Source: Tidjanibacter sp. (GTDB lineage Bacteria > Bacteroidota > Bacteroidia > Bacteroidales > Rikenellaceae). Taken from it: DNA of 47,656 bases. The DNA is taken from positions 1 to 47,656 of the forward strand of contig JAZQZA010000049.1 in NCBI GenBank assembly GCA_045633765.1, written 5' to 3'. The notes beneath the pieces are model-generated. The model was not told the origin of the DNA and ran no database searches. It worked only from the letters and a program-made list of their open reading frames with translations. This document shows positions 10,801 to 19,148 of the stretch, one piece after another; position 1 is the first letter of the stretch, and each line of letters opens with the position of its first letter. A program made the position numbers and the translations under genes.

Positions 10801-10972
10801 GACTCGTCAGGGCGAAGCAGTCGTTGTGGATTACAAGTTTGGCCTCAATCGCCCGACCTCCTACCGCCGCCAAATTGAGAAATACTGCCAATTGCTTCAG
10901 CAGATGGGCTACCCGAAAGTAAAAGGCTACCTTTGGTATATGACCATCGGCGAGATAGAACAAATAGTCTAA
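7886..10972 (+). CDS. addA: AddA/RecB-like UvrD helicase-nuclease
   Basis: Walker A SASAGSGKT, motifs VTFTNKAT, IDEFQD, VGDIKQSIYRWRG, TIHKSKGL and LYVAITRA, and a C-terminal RPDRV..VVDYKFG nuclease. Confidence 0.88.
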   Translation: MGRVDILSASAGSGKTYRLAFSYIKRLLEEPYDYRHILAVTFTNKATDELKGRILKQLNALASGTKSDFDADLKKENYDLEKVRANASLARNLILHDYNNFAVMTIDKFFQRVMRAFVREIGVELNFNLEIKTESLLEQAADLMIERIIEDETLYAWVMDYIGEQMNENRSWNIKDAIIKIGKQLFKEEYRHAQITSDDKPELARLQQAARAEAVITAQAYKEEGEKFVALMDAHGLTPGNFKDGYRSSVAILAQKIAAGEIAEPKNTAYNALKGEWHKQGKDPAYAVIDSIADQLTPIVQKIINLYPSANRAKNTNDIISTRYRDFALLADLRSCIDDICSKEDILPLADVSDIISRLVSNNDAPFIYEKAGNRYDYFMIDEFQDTSAQQWSNFVPLLHNALSQSQKNPVLLVGDIKQSIYRWRGGDWTLLSRGVREEFGDVHEEPMVINRRSSRNVVEFNNRLTEVGVEYIAENLNTELEQALKDENITPQVAADFSRMVGEAYCNFKQEQKPDAEEGYVSVAAFDKDNILGKVVERIEELQERGYRAKDIAILVRNNKEGAEIASHILAHKNNPERNPKYTFDVVTEEALSISSSSAARFIISCLTMCSTPSDNIAPAIYNEYFGRPIGEPLSPEEQEFIYSISLLQPEEAFNEILLHYPTLNFASEVPYIQALHNQIINFTSKNITDTALFIKQWNASGHKESVALPQDADAITISTIHKSKGLGYPAVIIPSCGWSIRPKGQSTFWVAPNTPLSDKITKFPANISAAVGQSKFSHSYFSELTMSAIDSLNILYVAITRAIRELHIIIPSKYDKNSIANVVTEAIGVEKDGEVREFGTPERYSSPSLRTPSLSMFATHSPSNKVAVRYTHQRYDEESRGDHLAPRDFGVMMHRAMENAKTREDIEREIARSVTDGVITAEEATILSQKIESALAEYGVQEWFDGSWQMVRSECEIVECGRSWRPDRVMTRQGEAVVVDYKFGLNRPTSYRRQIEKYCQLLQQMGYPKVKGYLWYMTIGEIEQIV

Positions 10973-10982
10973 TGCGCGGAGG

Positions 10983-11345
10983 ATGAAACGACCCATATAC
11001 ATCACACTGGGAGTACTATGCGTTGCGCTGGGCGTCGTGGGCATTGCCCTTCCCGGACTCCCCACCACCCCATTCCTGCTTGCCGCCTCGTGGCTCTTCT
11101 ACCGCTCATCGCCAAGCCTCCAGAAATGGCTTCTCGACTCACGCTTGGGGATCTACATCAGGGACTATGAGCAACGCGGAGGAATGAGGCCACGCACAAA
11201 GATAATGGTGGTGGCTCTGATGGCCATAGTCGTTTCCTGCTCCATCATCTTCTTCATCCCAAGCCGACTCGCCGACTGCATCGTAGCCGCTGCCGGCGCC
11301 ATCGGTATCTTTGTCGTCTGCATCCTCGTTCCCACTGCGAAATAG
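10983..11345 (+). CDS. ybaN: YbaN/DUF454 family inner membrane protein
   Basis: LGVVGIALPGLPTTPFLLAASWLF signature. Confidence 0.85.
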   Translation: MKRPIYITLGVLCVALGVVGIALPGLPTTPFLLAASWLFYRSSPSLQKWLLDSRLGIYIRDYEQRGGMRPRTKIMVVALMAIVVSCSIIFFIPSRLADCIVAAAGAIGIFVVCILVPTAK

Positions 11346-11375
11346 ATGGCAGAAACATACAAAAATCGGAGTGTA

Positions 11376-11422
11376 AAATAATAAAGAAGTCCGCCCTTGT
11401 TGGGCGGACTTCTTTATTATTT
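11376..11422. terminator. Bidirectional intrinsic terminator
   Basis: 21-bp perfect stem AAATAATAAAGAAGTCCGCCC-ttgtt-GGGCGGACTTCTTTATTATTT between convergent genes, overlapping the minus-strand stop codon. Confidence 0.88.
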
Positions 11423-12988
11423 CGTATTTTGAGCGGACTTGGGTTTGGGCCACTCATCCACAGGCCTGATGTTCTGCGCTTTACCATTATAGAGTGCCAC
11501 CACCAACTTCTGTCTGCAGTGTTCGCAAACGATGAACTCCTCCTGGGCAACATCCTTGTGGTGGATCACCTCATCGCGGCTACTTACCACTTTGCGTTTA
11601 ATCTCGTGGCCATCCCTCTTGGTCACCTCCTCGGTAACGTGGCGAACAACCTCGTCGTAGTGAATCTCGGCTGCCTCTCCGTAACCCAATGTGCGAAGAA
11701 CATAATATTTGCGACACACGGGGCAGTGGCTATAAATCTCCCACTCGGCAAGTCCCCTTAAAATAGCAAACCCGAAAAACAACACCAACGCCAAAATAAT
11801 CCAGTGGGGCACATAAATCATATAGAGAATGATAAAGCCTATCGGCATAGAGAGCAATAACGCCCAACGCCCCACTCCTGGTGGCACTACAGGTATGCGA
11901 TCGATAAAATGCAACAGCAACGGCGAAACCATCAGATGGGCCATCAGCAACAGATAGGCCACATAGGCAAGAATCGCAATCAGCGGAATACGCACCCAGC
12001 CGGACAACTTCTTACCCTGTTTGTTCTCCTTTATCACATCCTCCACACTGTTATACTTGGACTCAACCAAGAATGGACGACTACGCAGTTTAACAAAAAG
12101 ACGGGTGGAGGCTATACGACCACCGAAGAGGATATATCGCTCCACAAAGGGTATTTTACCCTGCTCCGTAAGGGTGTAATCAACCAACCTTCCATCCACA
12201 AAGCGCGCCGTAACTTTGGGGTGATAGATGTTCGTATCAAAGTCTTTGACCCTCAACGGGAAACATACATTTTTAGTGTTGGCATTGACCACATCAACAA
12301 CTATGGGAAATCCGTAGAATTGCTTGTATATATGCTCGAGTTCCACACCCTCGGCAAAGTGCTTTGCCATCCAGCGCTCTGTGACATAGATATATCGCCT
12401 GGAGAAGGAGTCGTCCAATCCCAACGAAGGCAAACCATAAGCCGCCGTGGGGAATAGTTCATATTTGAAGAAGGTGTGCCTTCGGCCCTTCTCATCGGCC
12501 GCAACAATATTGAAATTATTATCACCCTCGTAGCGCACAAATTTATACGAGGCACCCAGCGGAGCCTCCTCGTGGTTGTCGCTCGCCACAACAAAATTCC
12601 TATCAATGACGGCTGCCTCAACCCATCCGCGCTCTCCATCGGCGGTCTGAATCAAGAAGTAACCCGAGCCGTATGCCAGCAGTTCCACCTGCTGACCGAC
12701 ACGAACCGAGCCAATGGCCTTGCCCTCATCTGTGAGGAAGTCGTCGAGTATGGAGCCTGCCATCACAACCTTTGCCTCGCGGCTATCAAACGAGGGGCGG
12801 AGCGACTTATGGAAGGATGTATAACCGATAACGGTGGCCACAACAAGCACCAGAGCAAGACCTGCACTCCAACCGCTGAAACGGCCATAGCGTATCAAGT
12901 CCGAACTAAAAGGAAATGATGTCAGCATTTTCACTGGCGCCCAAAGGCGTCGAAACCAGCCGACCTTGGTAGTAGTAGAGTTAGCCAT
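11417..12988 (-). CDS. Hypothetical membrane protein: N-terminal TM, SH3b-like domain, C-terminal TM bundle and CxxC...CxxC Zn ribbon
   Basis: 523-aa ORF with its own -7 box. SH3-like segment IGSVRVGQQVELL..YFLIQTADGERGWV, hydrophobic helices at about aa 330-415, and CPVC and CEHC near the C-terminus. Confidence 0.72.
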   Translation of the reverse strand: MANSTTTKVGWFRRLWAPVKMLTSFPFSSDLIRYGRFSGWSAGLALVLVVATVIGYTSFHKSLRPSFDSREAKVVMAGSILDDFLTDEGKAIGSVRVGQQVELLAYGSGYFLIQTADGERGWVEAAVIDRNFVVASDNHEEAPLGASYKFVRYEGDNNFNIVAADEKGRRHTFFKYELFPTAAYGLPSLGLDDSFSRRYIYVTERWMAKHFAEGVELEHIYKQFYGFPIVVDVVNANTKNVCFPLRVKDFDTNIYHPKVTARFVDGRLVDYTLTEQGKIPFVERYILFGGRIASTRLFVKLRSRPFLVESKYNSVEDVIKENKQGKKLSGWVRIPLIAILAYVAYLLLMAHLMVSPLLLHFIDRIPVVPPGVGRWALLLSMPIGFIILYMIYVPHWIILALVLFFGFAILRGLAEWEIYSHCPVCRKYYVLRTLGYGEAAEIHYDEVVRHVTEEVTKRDGHEIKRKVVSSRDEVIHHKDVAQEEFIVCEHCRQKLVVALYNGKAQNIRPVDEWPKPKSAQNTK

Positions 12989-13018
12989 AGGAAATAAACT
13001 TTTATGGGTTAATTCTCA

Positions 13019-13026
13019 CAAATATA
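13019..13026 (-). promoter_or_regulatory. -7 promoter box
   Basis: TATATTTG on the minus strand, about 30 nt upstream of ATG 12988. Confidence 0.55.
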
Positions 13027-13172
13027 ACAAATTATTCAATACACCGATGCACAACTTTCAACTTTTTTTGGCACAATAAGTTCGTGCAACAACCATTCAC
13101 CACACTTGCCACAGAGTGCTCGCAGGGTGCAAAACACTCTCAATGTCGGGGCGCTACGGGGAGCGAGGCTTC

Positions 13173-13460
13173 TTATTTCTTGTGTCCGGGGCCTGCGGGG
13201 AACCACCCCTTATCGACACGCTCCCTCTGATGGACCACCTCCAAGATGCTCCAGAAGGACGAGAAGGCCGTAACGCCAAGGATGGTGGAGGCCACAAGAT
13301 TTTCAATCAAAATAGAGAGGGCACAAAAGAGCACACCCGCAACAAGAAACATCCACCAACACTTTGTACCAAGATAGTACTCCGCTTTAACAACAATGGG
13401 GTGAAAAATGCCAATCACCAAAAAGGTTGCAAAACCTACAATTATTCCAGTAAAATTCAT
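13173..13460 (-). CDS. DUF4491 family small membrane protein
   Basis: IGIFHPIVVKAEYY and WSILE...ERV.KGWFP motifs, 3 TM helices, and a TATTTTTG -7 box at 13482-13489. Confidence 0.8.
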   Translation of the reverse strand: MNFTGIIVGFATFLVIGIFHPIVVKAEYYLGTKCWWMFLVAGVLFCALSILIENLVASTILGVTAFSSFWSILEVVHQRERVDKGWFPAGPGHKK

Positions 13461-13663
13461 CTTCTACAATCAAATTTTTCACAAAAATAACATTTCGAGT
13501 TGATATTTTCACCCCTCGCACCACAAATGTTATTTTGAACTACCAAGACCGCCACTCCATCACGCAACAAACCGTAGAACATTCAGACACTTATCAACAA
13601 TGTGTTAATAAATTATGCAAAAATAATAAGGTATAGAGAAGGAGTTATTTCCAACAAAATACA

Positions 13664-13671
13664 TACCTTTG
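13664..13671 (+). promoter_or_regulatory. -7 promoter box for the SusCD locus
   Basis: TACCTTTG followed by C, 6 nt before ATG 13678. Confidence 0.55.
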
Positions 13672-13677
13672 CGAGTT

Positions 13678-16623
13678 ATGAGAAAACATCTGACTAAACT
13701 ATTAATCTCGGCACTATGTGTGCTGCTCTCCTCTGCCGCTTTCTCACAAGGGCAGAAGGTATCGGTAAGCGGTAAGGTTGTTGATAGCCAGAACGGCGAA
13801 CCCCTTATCGGAGTAACAATTGTCACAGAGTCTATGCAGGGCACCACAAGCTCTTGGGATGGTAGCTACACCATCTCGGCGGATGCGGGCACCACGCTCT
13901 CGTTCTCCTATATGGGCTACAAGGATGCAAGTTGGAAAATTCCCGCAGGTGCAGCAGAAATCACCCACAACGTGGAACTTCACAGCGACAGCGAAGTTCT
14001 CGATGATGTGGTGGTTATTGCCTACGCCGTAAGGAAGAAGGGAACAGTTGCGGGCTCCGTTTCGACCGTCAAGGCCGAGAAGGTGGAGACCACCCCGACT
14101 GCTGCCTTCGACCAGGCACTCCAGGGACAGGTTGCGGGCCTCTCGGTGCTCTCCAATACGGGTGAGCCCAGCGCTGCTGCAACAATGACCATCCGTGGCA
14201 CCAACTCCATCAACTCGGGTACCGCTCCACTCTACATCCTCGACGGTGTACCCATCTCGGCCAGCGACTTCAACACCATCAACCCCGCCGACATCGAGTC
14301 ACTCTCGGTGCTCAAGGATGCTTCGTCGACCTCCATCTACGGTGCGAGGGCGGCAAATGGTGTGATTGTGATTACCACCAAGCGAGGCAAGGTTGCCGAG
14401 CGTCCCCGCATCGACTACCGTATGCAGATTGGCTTCTCGCAGGCGGATGATAGCAAGTGGGACCTTATGACCACACCCGAGCGTATCGAGTATGAGAAGC
14501 AGACCGGAATGACCGCAGGTCAGAACTACCAGCAGCTCGCCAAGGTTAATGTAAACTGGATGAACGAGGTGTTCAACTCGTCGGCTCCTCTGCAGAACTA
14601 TGAGCTCTCCGTTTCGGGCGCCGATGATAAGACCAACTACTACATCTCGGGCGGCTACTACAACCAAGAGGGTACGGCTGTGGGCTCCTCGTTTGAGCGC
14701 TTTTCGATGAGGGCCAATGTTCAGCGCAAGGCTGCCGACTGGCTCACCATCGGTACCAACACTATGCTCAACTATCAGAAGATTCAGCAGGCCGACGAGG
14801 GCGCCTACACTCTCGTAACCCCCATCTCGGCAGCTCGCTTTATGCTTCCCTATTGGAATCCCCGCAAGGCAGACGGCTCGCTGGCGTCCATCTCCGACGG
14901 CTCGTGGAAGGGTAATGGTCAGAACCCCCTCGAGTGGCTGGAGAACAACCCTGTTCACTACAACAAATATAAGCTCCTTTCGACCGTATTTGCGGAGGTT
15001 AAGCCCATTGAGGGTCTGGTCATTCGCTCGCAGTTCGGTGTGGACTACTCCCACACCACAGGCTTTGGCGTATCCTACCCCAGCTATATGCCCAATCAGG
15101 GTAACGGCTCGGCATCGCGCAGCTCGACCGACGGCTACAACCTCACTATTACCAACACGGCCAACTATAGCTTCAATATTGACGACCTTCACAACTTCAC
15201 CTTCTTGCTCGGTCAGGAGGGTGTGGATTACCACTACGAGGCCTTCAGCGTGCTGACCGAGGGTCAGAACAACGACCGCCTCACCAACATCTCCACCGGC
15301 ACAAGGGCCACTTCGTGGGACGACACGACCGACTCCGACTACGGATTCCTCTCGTTCTTCTCGCGTGGCGAGTACAACTACGACAACAGAATCTACGCCG
15401 AGGCTGCCTTCCGTTTGGACGGCTCGTCGAGGTTTGGTAAGTCGCGCCGCTGGGGTGCCTTCTGGTCTATGGGCCTTATGTGGGATTTGCGCAGGGAGGA
15501 CTTTATGATTGCCTACACCGACTGGCTCACCCACGCACAACTCTCCTTCTCGACCGGTACGAGCGGCAACTCCTCCATCCCCAACTATGAGCACTTGGCT
15601 CTGGTGGGCGGTGGTGCCGACTATATGGGCGATGCAGGTGTGGGCCTTATGCAGCCCGGCAACGAGGAACTCGGATGGGAGAAACCCTGGACCACCAACC
15701 TCGGTATGCACGCAGCCCTCTGGGGCCGCCTTACGGTGGACTTGGAGCTCTACTATAAACTCACGAGCGATATGCTTATGGAGGTACCTCTTCCCTACTC
15801 CACAAGTGGCTTCGGCTACTATTGGGACAATGTGGGCGAGATGGTGAATAAGGGCGTTGAGCTCAACCTCACGGGCACCATCCTTGCCACCGACGACTTC
15901 CTCTGGACAGCCAATGCCAACATCTCCTACAACCATAACGAGATTACCGAGCTCTACGGCAATGTGACCGAGTATGAGCGCTCGGGCACCAACACAAAAC
16001 TTATGGTTGGTCACCCCCTGGGTGAGTTCTTCATCAACCGCTATGCGGGTGTTAACCCCATCAATGGTGAGGCTCTGTGGTATGACAAAGAGGGCCACCT
16101 GACCAACCAGTTGCGCGATGAGGACAAAGTTTTGGTGGGCAAAACCTACATTGCTCCCTGGCAGGGTGGTTTTGGCACCGCACTGACCTATAAAGGCCTC
16201 TCGCTCAGCACCCAGTTTAGCTGGGTGGCAGACCGTTGGATGCTCAACAACGACCGCTACTTCGATGAGTCGAATGGTAGGTTTGCAACCTATAACCAAT
16301 CGCGCCGCCTGCTCGACAGGTGGCAGAAGCCCGGCGATGTGACCGACATCCCCCGCCACGGTGAGTACACCGAGTTCGATAGCCGACTGCTGGAGGATGC
16401 ATCTTTCTTGAGGCTCAAGAATGTGATGCTCAGCTACACACTTCCCTCGGAGTTGCTCTCAAGTCAGAATATCTTCCGTGGTGTAAGGCTCTATGTTCAG
16501 GCACAAAACCTGCTAACCTTCACCCACTTCTCGGGCCTCGATCCCGAGGGCACGACCAATGTCTATGCAGCCCAATATCCTATGGCACGCCAATACACCT
16601 TTGGTCTTGATGTAACCTTCTAA
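13678..16623 (+). CDS. susC: SusC/RagA family TonB-dependent outer membrane transporter
   Basis: Signal peptide, N-terminal extension (GKVVD..GEPLIGV), plug motifs PLYILDG and LKDASSTSIYGARAANGVIVITTKRG, late barrel motif DASFLRLKNV, and C-terminal F. Confidence 0.95.
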   Translation: MRKHLTKLLISALCVLLSSAAFSQGQKVSVSGKVVDSQNGEPLIGVTIVTESMQGTTSSWDGSYTISADAGTTLSFSYMGYKDASWKIPAGAAEITHNVELHSDSEVLDDVVVIAYAVRKKGTVAGSVSTVKAEKVETTPTAAFDQALQGQVAGLSVLSNTGEPSAAATMTIRGTNSINSGTAPLYILDGVPISASDFNTINPADIESLSVLKDASSTSIYGARAANGVIVITTKRGKVAERPRIDYRMQIGFSQADDSKWDLMTTPERIEYEKQTGMTAGQNYQQLAKVNVNWMNEVFNSSAPLQNYELSVSGADDKTNYYISGGYYNQEGTAVGSSFERFSMRANVQRKAADWLTIGTNTMLNYQKIQQADEGAYTLVTPISAARFMLPYWNPRKADGSLASISDGSWKGNGQNPLEWLENNPVHYNKYKLLSTVFAEVKPIEGLVIRSQFGVDYSHTTGFGVSYPSYMPNQGNGSASRSSTDGYNLTITNTANYSFNIDDLHNFTFLLGQEGVDYHYEAFSVLTEGQNNDRLTNISTGTRATSWDDTTDSDYGFLSFFSRGEYNYDNRIYAEAAFRLDGSSRFGKSRRWGAFWSMGLMWDLRREDFMIAYTDWLTHAQLSFSTGTSGNSSIPNYEHLALVGGGADYMGDAGVGLMQPGNEELGWEKPWTTNLGMHAALWGRLTVDLELYYKLTSDMLMEVPLPYSTSGFGYYWDNVGEMVNKGVELNLTGTILATDDFLWTANANISYNHNEITELYGNVTEYERSGTNTKLMVGHPLGEFFINRYAGVNPINGEALWYDKEGHLTNQLRDEDKVLVGKTYIAPWQGGFGTALTYKGLSLSTQFSWVADRWMLNNDRYFDESNGRFATYNQSRRLLDRWQKPGDVTDIPRHGEYTEFDSRLLEDASFLRLKNVMLSYTLPSELLSSQNIFRGVRLYVQAQNLLTFTHFSGLDPEGTTNVYAAQYPMARQYTFGLDVTF

Positions 16624-16630
16624 AATAACG

Positions 16631-18172
16631 ATGACGACGATGATTAGGAAAATAACACATATCGCCGTGGCGATTGCCATTGCGCTTTCGACCACCTCGT
16701 GCCTCGACAAATTGCCCGAAGCGGCAATCCCTGTTGATGAGGCAATGCAGAGCTATGAGGATGCCGAGCAGACCGTAACGGGCATCTACTCGATGATGAA
16801 GAGCGGCGCTCTGTGGAGCGGCCACCTCACCCTGTTGCCCGACATCCAGACCGACCTTGTCTATGCTGTGGACGGCTACTCAAACACCTATGGTAACCAT
16901 TGGCAGTGGGACATCCGCTCGACCAACTCGGAGATTGAGGCAGTCTATGCTTCGCTTTATAGCATCATCAGCAACTGTAACTTCTTCCTCGAGAAGATTG
17001 ACGCCATTATGGCCAAGCAGACTGTTGATGAGCGCCTGACTATCCTTGAGCAGTACACCGGTGAGGTCTATACCATCCGCGCACTCTGCTACTCGGAGCT
17101 GTTGAAACTCTACTGCAAGGCCTACGACCCCGCAACTGCCGACACAGAGAAGGGCGTGGTGCTACGCAAGAGCTACTCGAAGAGTGAGCCCAGCATCCGC
17201 GCTTCGCTCAAAGACTCCTATGAGTTTGTGGTGAGCGACCTTCTGAAGGCCGAGGAGCTTCTGGACGAGCAGTATGATGTCTATAGCAGCTACTATATGA
17301 CACAGGCTGTGGCCCACGCACTCCACGCCCGCGTGGCACTCTATATGCAGGATTGGGAAGGTGCCATCGAGCACTCGTCGAAGGTTATCGACCACCCCAA
17401 CCGTATGTATTCGCTCTCGGCTGCCAACCAGATGTACACCAACCAGATGAGCTTCTTCGACTATATGTGGAACTACGACCTTGCCACCGAGACCATCTGG
17501 CAGGTGGGCTTCACCCCCACATCCTACGGTGGCGCACTAGGTCAGGTGTTCCTCTCGTTCAACAACGACTTCACCTACTACTACCCCGACTATGTTCCCG
17601 CCCAATGGGTGCTGGACCTCTACACCTCGGGAGATATGAGGTATAACTCCTACTTTGCAACCCTCACCACGGGCTATGACCACGCACTGACTTGGCCTCT
17701 GCTTGTGAAATACTACGGCAATCAGGAGTTCATCGGCTACTACATCTACCACGTGTCGATGCCCAAGCCCTTCCGCCTGGCCGAGCAGTATCTGATTCGT
17801 GCCGAGGCACATTGCCGCAAGGCAGTGCCCGACTTCTCGAAGGCAACCAACGACATCAACACCCTGCGCAACAGCCGTTTCAGCAGCGGTGGCGGTGCTC
17901 TCTCGCTCAATGCCGATAACTTCATCGAGCAGATTGCCAACGAGAGGGTTAGGGAGCTCTATATGGAGGGCCACCGCCTTCAGGACATCAAGCGTTGGGG
18001 CAACCTCTACCGCGGAGGCGCAGGTTTCACCCGCACCCCCCAGAACAACACCCTCTCGGAGGGCAGCTCGCTGAGCGTTAAGGCCGACGATGTGCGCTTT
18101 GTTTGGCCCATTCCCCAGCACGAGTTGGAGGCCCCCGGCTCGCAGGTTGAACCCAATGACAGCAACAACTAA
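16631..18172 (+). CDS. susD: SusD/RagB family surface lipoprotein
   Basis: Lipobox TTSC; motifs GEVYTIRALCY, FRLAEQYLIRAEA, ERVRELYMEGHRLQDIKRW and WPIP; directly follows susC. Confidence 0.93.
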   Translation: MTTMIRKITHIAVAIAIALSTTSCLDKLPEAAIPVDEAMQSYEDAEQTVTGIYSMMKSGALWSGHLTLLPDIQTDLVYAVDGYSNTYGNHWQWDIRSTNSEIEAVYASLYSIISNCNFFLEKIDAIMAKQTVDERLTILEQYTGEVYTIRALCYSELLKLYCKAYDPATADTEKGVVLRKSYSKSEPSIRASLKDSYEFVVSDLLKAEELLDEQYDVYSSYYMTQAVAHALHARVALYMQDWEGAIEHSSKVIDHPNRMYSLSAANQMYTNQMSFFDYMWNYDLATETIWQVGFTPTSYGGALGQVFLSFNNDFTYYYPDYVPAQWVLDLYTSGDMRYNSYFATLTTGYDHALTWPLLVKYYGNQEFIGYYIYHVSMPKPFRLAEQYLIRAEAHCRKAVPDFSKATNDINTLRNSRFSSGGGALSLNADNFIEQIANERVRELYMEGHRLQDIKRWGNLYRGGAGFTRTPQNNTLSEGSSLSVKADDVRFVWPIPQHELEAPGSQVEPNDSNN

Positions 18173-18178
18173 TCGGAG

Positions 18179-19102
18179 ATGACGACTATGAAACGATTAC
18201 CTATATATTTATTAGCAGGAGTATTGACATTCGCAGCCATCGCCTGTGACGAGCAATACACCAACTACAACGACAAAGCATATGTGATGTTCTCCGAGCA
18301 GGAGCAGTTCTTCCTCGTGGAGGAGAATCAGGACTTCTTCAGCATTGATGTTGCCACCACCGTTGCTGCCGAGCAGGACCGCACCTTCGGTGTGGAGGTC
18401 ATCGACAAGGGTAGCAACGCCATTGAGGGCCACCACTATCGCCTTTTGTCGAACTGCGTAACCATTCCCGCCGGCGAGCTTGGCGGTCAGGTGAAGGTGA
18501 AGGGCATCTATGAGAACATCACCCCAACCGACTCTTTGGGCTTCATCTTGAGGCTCATTGTCCCCGAGGAGATGGAGTGGGACGACCTCTACAAGGATGG
18601 CACCCAGACCAAGGTGGTTATGTATAAGAGTTGCCCCTTTGACATCAACAACTTCACCGGATGGTGCCTTGTGAGTTCAATGATGATCCAGAGCTATCCT
18701 GGTGAGAATGTCTCCTATCAGAGGGTTGTCAAAGCCGATCAGCACCCCACCGAACAGAACACCATCATTCTTCGCAACTGTTTCTACGACGGCTACGATG
18801 TGAGGCTGAAGTTCCACACAGACGACCCTGCCGAGCCACTTATCTCTATGGAGGCGGGGCAAGTCATCAGCGATGAGGCTTCTGTATTCGGCCAGATATT
18901 GGGCGACAACCATATTTTGGCAACCACAAGCCCCTATTACGACTCCTACTTCAACGCCTGTCAAGGCTTTGCGGTACTGTGGATGCAGGTCTATGTCGAT
19001 AATCTCGGCGTGAGCGTCGGCACCGTGGGCCACTTCTACAATGTTATTGAGTGGATTACCGACGAAGAGGCCGAGGAGTTTAGTAAAGAGTTGAGCAAGT
19101 AG
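18179..19102 (+). CDS. Outer-membrane lipoprotein, DUF4984-like (Ig/Calx-beta-like N-terminal domain)
   Basis: Lipobox AIAC followed by acidic residues; DRTFGVEVIDKGSNAIEG.HY segment; post-SusD position. Alternative start at 18188. Confidence 0.65.
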   Translation: MTTMKRLPIYLLAGVLTFAAIACDEQYTNYNDKAYVMFSEQEQFFLVEENQDFFSIDVATTVAAEQDRTFGVEVIDKGSNAIEGHHYRLLSNCVTIPAGELGGQVKVKGIYENITPTDSLGFILRLIVPEEMEWDDLYKDGTQTKVVMYKSCPFDINNFTGWCLVSSMMIQSYPGENVSYQRVVKADQHPTEQNTIILRNCFYDGYDVRLKFHTDDPAEPLISMEAGQVISDEASVFGQILGDNHILATTSPYYDSYFNACQGFAVLWMQVYVDNLGVSVGTVGHFYNVIEWITDEEAEEFSKELSK

Positions 19103-19148
19103 AAGTTTTGCCACCGTCTATTAACCGAAAATAATGATACAAGAGAAT

